Assembly: GCA_040954595.2 (NCBI GenBank)
Contig: CM082584.2
Coordinates: forward strand, 4,902,110-4,966,109
Length of the DNA: 64,000 nt
Reading direction: 5' to 3'
Origin: Balanoglossus misakiensis
Taxonomy: Eukaryota; Animalia; Hemichordata
Made by a program: the position numbers and the translations under genes. The notes beneath the pieces are model-generated. The model ran no database searches, was not told where the DNA came from, and saw only the letters and a list, made by a program, of their open reading frames with translations. Below, one piece after another: positions 52,001-64,000 of the stretch. The number at the start of each line of letters is the position of its first letter. Position 1 is the stretch's first letter.

Positions 52001-55000
52001 TTCTTAAACTTTGTAACAGAAAAAATAACAAAATGTGAAAAAAGTTGAATGAGTTGAATATGCGAACGGTATACAAAGACAGAATGTTTGATCAAAGGAA
52101 GTCATGAAATACAGTCTACATATCATTTCTTCAATCTCTTACTACAGTGAGTTGTCAACCTTTTACCCAGAATGCAATTATTATATGTGATTTGACCCTT
52201 CACACAAAGTGAAACCTATTTCAGGCGGGCCAGAATTTATATTCAATAACATTGAATCTTTTACAGACACTTTTTATCTTTGAATCAGACAATGTTGGGT
52301 GCCAATAAGAATATTTATGATATTTTATAGGTTGCTGACAATAATATTTATGATATTTTTTATAGGTTGCTGACACTATCAACAGATATCTGAGAGAATA
52401 TCAAAGACAGGGAGTGAAGTTTCTATATGAACATTACAAGAATGGTCAAGGTGCAATACTTGGTGACGACATGGGACTGGGAAAAACTATTCAGGTATGT
52501 CTTGATAGCTGCCATTTCACGTTTTAAATTTTTGATCTCTCAAGTGTCGAGTCAGTTTGAGGATTTCTAGAAATTTCTCTGGGTCAGCCCTATACCTTTT
52601 CATGTAGTGTGAATCATTTTCAAATTCTTGAGTCACCGCTAAGTTTGTTGAGTCAGTGGCCGGCACTTCATATGGGCTTAGAGGGCACACTGGTGATGAG
52701 ACCAATACCGTACTTCAAATCAGATCAGGGTTTGTAGGCTTCTGTAAAGTCATGAAATTTGAAGACATTCCTGGAAAGCTCTTGAATGTCCTGGAAAAAT
52801 AAAATCACTCTTGGGAAAAGCGTGAAAAATTCTCAGTGCTACTGATGCTGTTGTAAAATCTTATACAATATGTGGCTCAATTACTGTACTGCATAATCAA
52901 AATCTTAATCCAATGGAAATGGCTTATTTGACCCCATGACAAATACCCAGGATGATATTTACCATTTTTGATATTTTCTGTGATCTGCAGGTGATAGCAT
53001 TTATATGTGGTTTACTTGGCAAGACTGGAACGCGTGAAGATTGCCAAAGAAGTCTTCCGGAATTCCTACAGAAAGTAATAAGTCACTTTTTATGAGTTCA
53101 CTTTATGGCAAATTTCATTGAGAAACCTTGCTGTGTTTGTGATATGGAATATTGGTTTAGTGTAAGTATAGCAGCAATGCAAAGTGTCAGGATAATTTGG
53201 AGGAAATGTACAGTCAACCAGTCAGTCACACACACAAAAAAGCGACCAGTGAGCTAGTCTACGTTACTGTTTGTCTTACTCAGCATTTGATACTTATATC
53301 CATGTTTTTACAGAAATCAGAACTGAGCAGCAAACGAAAGAGATTGGTCTTTCTCATTGCTAGTCCCAAATCTGTCATGTATAATTGGCTAGAAGAATTA
53401 GAGACCTGGTCCTATTGCGTTGTTGGGTAAGTGAAATTCTGGATATGTTTTAAGTGATGATCGATAGACAATTTAATTAATGGGTATGTTATGTTCAGAA
53501 TATTTTGTGCGTGGAGTCATTTAGTCAGACATCTTTAAACTAATTTTGTTCCACACTGGCACAGACACAAAATGTTATCTTTCTTGTAGTAAATACCATG
53601 GTAAGGATAGAGAAGAGACACTTTTGAAGGCAATGAAAGGAAAGCTGGATGTTGTTCTAACAACTCATGAAACAGTCAGAGTTAGTGTGGTAAGAACATA
53701 TCACCTCTGTTATTAGGATGTATGCATGCTACAAGCATGTGAAATCTGTTTCTTCCTTAAAAAAAAGGATTACATTGAAAACCCACTTCTACCGGTACTC
53801 TTGTCATCGTTATGAAGGTTTACACATAATGCAACCATTTGATGTGGTAAAAGTTGAATAATCCATAACAAGGGGACATTTTCAAGGTCGTACTGATGAT
53901 GGTAAACATGCAAAAGTTACTGCCCATGGTGTTACACCAATCAAAAGTTTTCTGTTTAAATGCAGACAATGCCACAAATCACAATAAGCATATGTACAAT
54001 TGTTTCTTTTATAAATCAAAGATTTGCCAAATAAACTTTCTTCTCATCAATTTTTCATATACAAGGGCTTCGGAACTTCCATCCAGTATCCTATTTTACA
54101 ATGAATCTGCATGTGTAATGATGTTTCTTTCACAGGATGATATCAACAGAGTGAACTGGTCTGCTGTCATTATAGATGAAGTGCATAAAATTAAGGTAAA
54201 AGTTTTAAAAGAAGTCTACCATGAACTAATGAAGTACGAGAGTTACTTGGCAAGAGGCATGGGGCATTTAGGGACATGGGCATAAGTTTACTGCACAGGG
54301 GCAGGCTGCATACGGAAATCGCTTAAAGATAACCTACATACCGGTTCTAATGAGATCATATGAACATCAACACAAATGATTCACAGCAACTAGAAGCCCA
54401 CTGACTTCAAAGTCTATTGCCATTGGCCTAGGTGGTCACATGGTTTGTCTGTGATCATATCAAATTGAATGTGTTCATGCACTCATGTGAAACTTTGCTG
54501 AATTTTTTAAATGTTATTATAACATTTTTAATTCAATATATAGACTTGGCAGTCTATGATTCACGTGTAAAAAAATTGGTGTGTCTTTTTAGTACAACAA
54601 ATTCCATTATGTCCACCTTCATGTCATTTAGTCAGGGCTTTCTTCATTACCTATAGGAACCAGGATCTCAAGTGACCAAAGCATTCAAAACTCTAAGATG
54701 TAAATACCGCTATGGTCTTACAGGAACAGCGTTGCAGAATCATGTCATGGAATTGTGGTGTGTTTTAGATTGGTGAGTGACGAGAACATGCTGTTTATGA
54801 GAATGTCATGTGTACATTTTGTACTTCAAAGCCCTGATACATTGTAGCTCTGACCTTTGGTGATTTTTTCATTATTTTTCTCTGATCTATCAACTTCGGT
54901 TTCTTGTTCTGCTATGGATAGCTTTATAAAATGTTCAATATTTAGCTTCTCAACCATGCCTGTATTCAAACAATAACTATGCTGATTAAGTACAAAAGGG

Positions 55001-58000
55001 CTGTATTGAAAAATAATCCAACCACCCCCTTTTTGGGGGAAAAAATAATTTTCATTTTCACCTGATCGTGTGAAAAATTTCAGCCAATAAAACCTGCCGT
55101 ACGTACATGTACGTACATTACCTTGTACACATGATCGAGTAATATCATCCTCGAATAAGATATAGACACGACTCAGACTCTAGCAACTGCTGACAATTAT
55201 ACACTTGTGCTTACAGGGCTAATCCTGGTTGCCTAGGAGACTATATGGAGTTCAAAAATGACTTTGAGGATGTCATCATACAAGGTCAACGATTTGATGC
55301 TAATAAGAGACAATTAGCCAGTGCCAGAAAAAGTATGTAGTAATCTTACTTTTCTCACATGAACAGTCAAGTGTCTTGCATTAACTACTGTAAAACTGGT
55401 TTATTTTCGCGAGCAATAAATTTTCACGAGAGCCAACAAAACGTGAAAATAAAAAGTAAATATGTTTTTTGGAGGTAACGATGCAGTGAAATACAAGAAC
55501 GCAAACATTAATCCTCGCGTAACAGTTGCCTCTTTTGATATTGCGAAAATTACCTGTCGCTAAAATAACCTGTTTTACAGTATATCATATATACAGTTCA
55601 TATGTATACAACTACATTACTTTTCACAATGAGTATCTTCTAGTACATTAAAGCTGCCATTTTGCATGGATATTGATATGTACATTGATAGACATTATTT
55701 CCATGGATACGCATATGAACATCAAAATAAACATCTCATAGATACCTAAGTGCACATAAAGCTGACAATATCTTCATTGCTATCTCCATTGAGAAGGTTG
55801 ATGTATCCTCAGAATTTGACATTTCCATGGATCTTGGCATTTCCATGGAAATGTATACGTACATGAACATGAAAACTGACATCTGTGTAATTTCTGATCT
55901 TTTGCTGATCTAGAAAGTTGTGAATTTGCTAAAATGAGAGATAAGTGGTTGTTGAGGCGAACAAAGGCTTTAATAGCTGACCAATTGCCTGTGAAAGGTA
56001 GGTATACAACAAGACCAGAGAAATTATCAAAGTCATCAAAATGTGAAGTATGTGTATGTTCAAAATGTGAAGTGGGGAGATGTATGGATTGGTCTGTCAA
56101 TATATCCTTGTGTCTACTCTCAGTCTGCAGCCCAACTCAGATTCCTGAACTGATTCTGTTCAAACTTGATAAAAAGATAATCCATAACACACGTACCTGT
56201 AAATGCACTTAGATTTTGGGTCATTTGGATGTGCTTGCAGGTCATATCTCAGCCCTGCAATATTAAATATCATTGTAGTTTGCAAGAAAATGTATCATAA
56301 TACAGATGTACACATCAATTTGCTACCAAGCAACCATTTTGTTAAGGTGTTTTGACAGATTTCGTTATGTCCAATAGGGACTGTGTCATTGACAATGATT
56401 TTGATCAAATTTTGGTAACACATTACTGGAAATAAATTGATTTTAAATCATATTTTTGACTTGCAAGTTAGCCACTGGAGTTTACTGTTGAATTCCTTGT
56501 GACTTTGGTTATAATTACAGAACTACCATTGTGTACAGCTGTATCTCTATGCTTAGACTGTATCTGATGTGTATGTCTTCAATTGGATGTGGGTTTTTTC
56601 CCTTTCAGATGAGAAAGTAGTGTTCTGTAACCTTTCGGATTTTCAAACTTGTGTCTACAAGGAAGTGTTAGAGAGTGACGATATGCAGTTAGTGTTAAGA
56701 CAACAAGAGGATTGTGACTGTGGAAGTTCTAGACCACGAGGGCGATGTTGCCATAAGGTGAAGGGATTTCTAATCCAGATTGAGTGACTGGTTGTACGAC
56801 TAAAGATATGCTAGAAAATCAACCCTATGGATTTAAAAAACTTTATGTTAAATATAGAAAATTTGGTATAACTTTTGCCCCCAGGCATTCTGGGACATTT
56901 GGTGCATACGGAATGGGTACAGAATTGTAGCAGATTTAAAAGCCGGGTGTATGTCAATACTTCAGAAATCTGCTGGCAAAGTCTGACAGGGGTGCAGAGA
57001 GACAATTTGAGGCACACCTGACCTTCAGTTTATATCAATTTTTATGTAATAATATTGTTTTTCTTTCTTTTTCCTCTCAGAAAAATGAAGAGGGATATTC
57101 TGTTAAACAGATCCATTTCATCTACTTGGCATTTCTGATCAAAGTTGCCAATCACGTGGCATTGTTGCTTCCTCGCCAAGGTCAAAGTGAAGATCAGAAA
57201 CGACTTGCCCAGAAAATCTGTGACAAAGTATTTACAAGATATCCACAGTTTCTACAGGCCACAAGACAAGCGGCATTTGCTAGTCTATCAAATCCTACAT
57301 TCTGTGGTAAAATGAAGGTAAGTAGGGTTGGATATATCCAGACCATGGCAGTATAACTATAAGTGAGGAGCTGCATGGAAAATGAGCATATTAAAGGTAT
57401 ACGGTCACCTATGCAAATATAGCTACTGTTACCATGGCAAATTGAGATCTAGCCAATCACAGATTTCTAATGGGTGGCACATGCAAAAAAAAAGAGCGCC
57501 ACCATATGTTCTTTAGAACTAGAACACTCAAATACGCCATTTCTGACATATATGGGCGTATGTAAATTGGAGGTGACCGTATACCTTTAACTTCTTTTGG
57601 ATATTGCTCGAAAATCCTGTCACCTCCATTCTTGTTTTGGCCTTAGATGTGTCTAACTGACTGTTTGTATAACTGTTGGCGTTTGATATTTGTAGCCTGC
57701 TCAAGAGATGGTGACCATAATATTGAGGGTTCCCAAGCCGTTACAAAACATACACAGAACCTAATAACAGTCCCCAGAGGACTATATCTCCTAACAACAT
57801 GCCATATCCCCTACATTGTACCTACGGGCCATAGTCTCTGTCAACCATGTAATATCACGTTCTTTCCTGTGTCATGTGGTTCAGTCTCAGCCAATCATGA
57901 GTACGGAATACAGCGTGAGGTGTAATAAACACTTATCTGGTTGTGACATGTAGGGCTACCAAAGACATTGCATGCTTGGATCTCTTGATAACTATAATCA

Positions 58001-61000
58001 ATATTTGCATATGACAGATATTGGTGAAATTATTGGAAAATTTCAAGAAAGAAGACAGTAAAATCCTCTTATTCTCCTACTACACCAAGGTAAGCAAGCT
58101 AATAAAGTTGAAATGTTCTGCTAAATATTTAGAGGAACTTATTCCACCTTTCCAATCTAAGATAACAATTTCCAATGTGACTGTAAGTATAAACATGATA
58201 TACAGTAGGCACTGAACTAGTGACTACACAATATAACTAGTATATGTTATATTGTCATCTCTCATATGTTGTACATATTTAATTACCATTTTTTTTAAAT
58301 ATTTATTATTTATTTTCAACTAAGAACTTTGTTTGATTATTGCATGTGTACTGTCAATTAACTTGTTGACTCACATTTTCACTAGCCTAAATGAAACTTT
58401 GGTTATTTTAAATCTCTATTATTAGGATCAATACTGATTATCATGCACCATATATACCATCAGCTATTATCTATTGCTTGACACATTTAGACCAAGAGTG
58501 GTCATTCACGCAAATTTTAATTTTATTTGCTCAAGGCAGACAAGCCTTAGGCAGTGATTTTCTGCACAAGTGTACGTTGTTCTGCATTGCAGGAAAGAGT
58601 AGTTTTCAGCCAAATTTTGATATTGATTGAAGTTAAATTTAGCAAAATATATTCAGAACTGTACAATAACCAAATTATCTCTGATCCATCTGCATGTTTC
58701 AAGTTGTTAGATATCTTGGAAGAATACATTCAGAGCAGAGGTATGGAATACAGACGTATTGATGGAAAAACAGCTGGGCCATTACGGACAAAATATGTAC
58801 GAGAATTCAACCGGGACAAGCAGATTTTCCTTTGTCTTATATCAACCAAGTATGTCATATTCTCATTCTGTAGCATGTTGATGTTTAATCCTGTTCTTTT
58901 TTATTCTCAAAATCCTGACATTCATTTCACAAAACAGTTTTTATGTTTGTGTTCAAATACCCAGAAATTGTATTAATAATTAAGCTGTTTCAGCTATTTC
59001 CAATGAAAAAAAATTTCTTTCTTCATACCAAAATGAGTTTGTTTTTCGATCTACTAAAATCACTAAATTTGTGTAAGGTCTGTACATGCATGTTCAAGTC
59101 AAGCATTTGGTGTTTTAACATGCTTTACAGAGTAGAAGAAGAAACTTACCCTTTCACCACCCTCTCCCCCCCCCCCCCCCCCTGAGTTCCCTCTTTAGAG
59201 GTCCAACTTATCTAGGAAACAATGGGTTGGGACTGAACCATAGTGGTGAAAGGGTTAAGTTGATACACACAAATGAATATCGAGAAAAAATCAAATTTTA
59301 CAGTACTGTCCAGTTATATTTATGGTTGATAGCAAAAATTGACACTGATTTGAATCTCTGCTATAAACTTCTATTGAATCAACAGGGCTGGTGGACTTGG
59401 TTTGAATATGACAGGCGCAAACGTTGTCATTATATTTGACCCCAATTGGAATCCTGCCCATGACCAGCAAGCACAGGACAGAGCCTACAGGATTGGACAA
59501 CATAGAGATGTCAGGGTGTATAGACTCATATCTGTCGGCACTGTGGAAGAAAATATGTATCTACGGCAAGTCTATAAACAGGTATTGCTAATGCTGTATG
59601 TTGTGCTTGTACATTGTACATGTCATAAGATGTTTATGGAAGCTTTTATCATTTTAGAATCATTCTGCCTGAACTCAAGTTATTATTATGAGTGCAACCA
59701 CGGTTACTAGAAAATAACCCTGGCCAGACTACAAGAGCAACTTTTGAAGCAATGTGCCAAACTCAAAGTAATTATAGTAAATGTTATGAAAACTAATAGA
59801 TCTGGGAACACTGTGTTCCTGCATTGAGTAGCTTGATGCTTGAGGGTTTTCTGTAAGATCTGACAATTGCAGAATATCACCATAAGGAGTATGTAATACA
59901 TTGCCAAGTCTATCTATGCTTACACTGGTTGACCTTTGACCTTTTTTCAGCAAGTAGCGAGCACCACAGTGCAGTCTGAGTTGGCCAGACGTTATTTCGT
60001 GGCTGTTGCTGGTAGCAACAAGCATACTGGTGAATTATTTGGACCAGAAAATATCTTCCGACTTGGAACAGAGGGATGTCTGACTAAAGATCTGATAGAG
60101 GTATAAACACATATTATATACTTGAATTAATCAGATGAGAAAAAGAGTTCATGATCAACTCAGAATTTTTGTCTTGATCTGTTGCTGATGTGCATGTGAC
60201 ACATTTGAGATTGAAAACAGTTTACTACTGTAAAGCCATAACACAGTGTGTTATGGTGATGGTTCAATCTAGAATTGCATTGGAGTCAATGGGTTAGATG
60301 TGAATCATACAGGAATAAAAATGTTCTATCAGTATCTACCCATGTGGATGCAGCCATGATTATTCCTGATGTGCGTTGTCATATATGTAAGATATTATAG
60401 TCATAAACTGATAGATAAGAAAATGGTTTTCATACAGCGAGAACAGACTGTGGAAAATGGAATAAAAATGGCCAAGTACATTCGTGGAGTTAATACACCA
60501 GCACAAGAAGAAAAAGTGGAAGATTCCATTCATGGAAATGTGAGTAATGGGACTTTTTATTACAAGTTGTGTAATTAGCTGATAGAGTTTATTCTTTGAG
60601 TTTTAAAACTACCTACTGGAAACTCCTTGCAAAATGAAGTTTCTCTTAGAAAGTCATAGAAAATTTATTTATGTTGACCCCTTATGCTGTAATCATAAAA
60701 TGTTCATGGTCCCAAGTAGTTTTGAAAGCATTACTGGATTATCTCTGAAATAGAGTAAAAGGGTTCAGATCAGGCATTTGAACCAGGGTAGAGTGTGTCA
60801 CGAGAAACACAATTTCTTTATCTTTTTCATGCATAAATCAGTAATATTCGCTGCATGCAAAATGAAACCAGTAGGTCATTGGCCAAGTTTCTGAGCATAA
60901 TCACTTCATGCACATGTACATGTACTTGCAGGGGGTTGGCTGCATGAAATCTAAATGTGTGTATCGATTCTGATGAAATGGGAGCACAGAGTACTTGATG

Positions 61001-64000
61001 CTACTTTTGTTTATTCAGAAAGAATCAGATGCTGAAAACGATGAGAGTGATGAGTGGATATCGTCTCAACTGAGCGCTGACATACTGGATGTGAATACAG
61101 ACAGAGACAGTGGGGAAAGTAGTGGTGTAGATTACACAGAGATGAGTATAGCCAAGTCGGATTCAGATTCAGATTGTCAGAGTGCGGATGCAAGTGACAG
61201 AAAGTTGAGGGAATTTAAACCCAGAGAACATTTATCCGAAACTGCAGGCAACTCTAATGGTGAACATGTCAGTAGTCGTGTCCAACAGAAAAGACGACAA
61301 AAACAGCAAATAGGCAAGGAAGAAAGAAAGAATACTTGTACAGATGGAAATACCACAAGGCATGAAAAGACAAAGAATAGAATGAAAGAAAAGACAGAAG
61401 ATGATACGGTACGCAAGAGAAAAAGTGGTGGGGGAAAACAAAAAGGAGGCAAACACAAACCTGATGATTTCTCAATGAAAGGCAAAGGAAAGATTTGCAA
61501 GAAAAGGACTAGATACAAAGATTCTAGTGATGGATCTTCTGATTCTGAATCAGACGGTTGCCGTGAGGATGGTGGCATCAGAAGAAGAAAAGTGGAGAGA
61601 AAGAAAGGAGCGATAGATAAAACGAAAACCATTGATGGAATCCTGAGTAAGTGTTCACTGTGTGTAAGATTATTCCAAAGGTGTGAATGCAGAAATTTGT
61701 TAACCTTGTCCACAAAAGTATACATCTATCAGAATATTTAAATAATAACACATGTTAGCGAGGACAATATCATGATTTGCAGCCTGCGCTAGGATGGTGA
61801 TCTCCGACCATGATATTGATGATGCCAGAGCCACAAGCGAGGATATCATTAATTTTATAACATCCATAATTTAGTAGCATCCATTCAAAACATTGCTATA
61901 TGTAAAGGAAAGTTGTGGATATTCTTAAGTGATCAAATATGTGGTCTTTTTTTAAAAAAGATACATGACGGCTGTATGTTTAAATTACAGAGGATTGTGG
62001 TGTTAGCTATATTCATTGCAATGCTAAGATTATTGGTGGAAGCAAAGTAGAGGAGCATGTATCAAAGTGTGCCATTCAAGATGTCTATGTAGATCAACAA
62101 TACTCACAACAACCTGCCAATTGTAACATTCAGACATATGAAGAAGTAAGTCATTATTTTTAAATATTTTAGTCGTTTTACTGAAAGTTAGACAGAAATG
62201 ACAGTTCTTATTTTGACAAACACAGGTTCATACGTCGATCTCAGAGAGATATGACTGTACCATGACACATCATGCTGTGTCATGTTAATTATTTGCTAAT
62301 TTGCATATTTAATCAATTCCTATTGTCATTGCATATGAAAGCCAGAGGTACTGCATCAGATTTGATATTTGGCGAAACTTGTTTGAGGTATACTCCTCTC
62401 ACTCTCATGGATTACAGATATTGATGTCACATTTAAATATACGCCTTACATTATACCGGTAGATTACAAATACATGTATGTTCTGAGGTAACTGTAATGC
62501 TTTTTTTTGTTTCAATATACAGTAAAACCTGTCTAAACCAAACACCAAAGGGACTGAAATTGTTCAGTTTGCAGAGGTGTCCTGTTTATAGAGGTTCTTG
62601 TAATATATGATTCTGTGTCAAAGGGACAGGAAAATGTGTTCAGTATAGACAGGTTTCCAGATTAGAGAGGGTTCGTTTTAGACGGGTTTTAATGTAGTTT
62701 GTAGGATAGAACTATATGATAGTGTAGTTGATACACACAGAAACAGCAAGATATTTAACCACAGGTAATAGCTACATGTGCACAGAATATATTGACTTTT
62801 CAACATGAATTTTCAATGTCTGTTGATTAGGAAGAAAGTGATGAAAGCGATGATTTGGGTCTCAATAAAAAGCCAAGTCTACCAAGAACTGGAAGGCCAT
62901 CACCACAACCTGGATTATCAGTGCAACAGTTCCATAATGATGACGTATTTGGAGAGTTGCTAAACCCTGTGATTTTACACGGCAAACGTGAGAGTTACCA
63001 AGATGGCAACACCACTGTCTTTCTAGGAGATACACCTCAGACCATTAGAAGGTAGGTGCATTATATCTGGTCTGTTGTAATACTGTAAAACACTTTCTTT
63101 TCGCGAGCAATAAATTTTTCGCAGAATACGCGAGAGCCAAAATAGCGTGAAAATGAAAAATCGCGTAAATTTTTTTTGAAGATAACGATGCAGAGAATGA
63201 AATAAGAGAATGCAAGAATTAATAATCCCTAAACAGTGGCCTCTCTCGATATCGCGAAAATTTCAACTCACGAAAATAAAATGTTTTACAGTATCTGGTC
63301 TGTTGTAATATATCTGAAATGGAGGTATTTACAGAAGGTTATCTGCAACCAAAAGTGCGACTCGCACGTTTGTGAGGAGTCATTATCTGCGACTGTTGAA
63401 GATGTGAATAAATTACCATCTGATCGAAACCGTGAGGAAAACTGCCAGAGATTAACGCATCTTTTATGGAATGAAAATTTTCCATTTAATTACAAGTAAA
63501 TTTTGTATTCATTCCTTCTCCAGACAGCAGTTCTCCGACATGACCAGAAAGCTCAGAATGAAGTCGCCAGCAGAACTTGCTGAAGTAGTTTTAAGTGCTG
63601 ACTCTCAAAAACGCCTTGATTTACTGACACAGTTCTACGGGCAGACATGTGACTTGACTGGCGTAGGGAATCTGTTTGCTGTAAAATGTGAAGAGGTGAC
63701 AGACGACAAGGAACAGAAAACACGGAGCCAAATAAAGAACAAGAAACAGACCAGGGAAAAGACGGAGAAAACCAGGGTGGTCAGAAAGCGTCAATGGAGA
63801 AGGAAGAAGATGCATGTGATATACAGCAGTAGTAGTAGTGACACTGACACAGTCGTCGAACTTGTGACACACCCAGCAACAGACACTGCACTTCCAACAG
63901 TAAAAGCTGCGACTCACAGAGCGACATCAAGCAGAGAGAAAGCTGAAGAGACACCCAGTGATTCAGCAAATGCAAGCGAAGAAACAGATGCACAGACAGC
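49032..64000 (+). CDS. ERCC6L2: DNA excision repair protein ERCC-6-like 2 (Tudor + SNF2 helicase/ATPase + VIGSSK region); 3' end beyond the window
   Basis: Phase-compatible GT-AG exons: 49032-49041 (uncertain), 49798-50001, 50395-50476, 51018-51304, 51729-51832, 52366-52494, 52991-53074, 53314-53426, 53590-53689, 54136-54195, 54657-54772, 55217-55332, 55914-55997, 56609-56757, 57081-57317, 58018-58089, 58704-58849, 59386-59581, 59951-60100, 60438-60539, 61019-61646, 61991-62145, 62831-63051, 63524->64000. Motifs: Tudor [46 protein letters not shown] (Walker A), [79 protein letters not shown]. Confidence 0.96.
55388..55580. mobile_element. TA-flanked MITE (Tc1/mariner-type) in an ERCC6L2 intron
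   Basis: TA|ctgtaaaactggtttatttt ... aaaataacctgttttacag|TA; related to 63083-63291. Confidence 0.8.
57395..57586. mobile_element. TTAA-flanked MITE (Kolobok-type)
   Basis: TTAA|aggtatacggtcacct ... aggtgaccgtatacct|TTAA; 16-bp perfect TIR starting AG. Confidence 0.85.
62520..62694. mobile_element. TA-flanked MITE (pogo/Tigger-type)
   Basis: TA|cagtaaaacctgtctaaa ... tttagacgggttttaatg|TA. Confidence 0.75.
63083..63291. mobile_element. TA-flanked MITE, same family as 55388-55580
   Basis: ctgtaaaaca ... tgttttacag; shares the internal ttttcgcgagcaataaatttt and gcgaaaatt segments. Confidence 0.8.

Noticed and set aside
61177-61725. 182-aa minus-strand ORF
   Set aside because: Antisense shadow of the purine-rich ERCC6L2 exon 61019-61646.
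1-64000. Prokaryotic operon, defence system, rRNA or tRNA genes
   Set aside because: Spliceosomal introns, a LINE and MITEs show eukaryotic DNA; I recognised no rRNA or tRNA sequence by eye.

Overview
Eukaryotic (animal, AT-rich, intron-rich) genomic DNA, not prokaryotic; the repeat and gene content suggests a marine invertebrate, which is inference only. There are two divergently oriented multi-exon protein-coding genes. On the minus strand, 11 phase-compatible exons (19192 to 413, running off the left edge) encode the N-terminal ~680 aa of an RNF213/mysterin-like immune protein that the ORF track shows only as fragments. Upstream of it lies a rearranged ~2.8-kb tandem array carrying two copies of an ISRE-like plus TATA-like cassette. 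On the plus strand, ERCC6L2 (Tudor, SNF2 helicase, VIGSSK region) runs from ~49032 off the right edge. The rest is a dense, nested transposon landscape: a 5'-truncated decayed L1/Tx1-type LINE inside a Harbinger-type MITE, a three-level nest of TIR elements, a duplicated NOF/Mutator-like transposase relic, a CACTA-like element containing three Helentron-type non-autonomous elements nested inside one another, several MITEs, hairpins and mini/microsatellites. A duplicated array of small minus-strand exon-like segments may be a lncRNA. All homologies were recognised by eye from remembered protein motifs; no searches were run.
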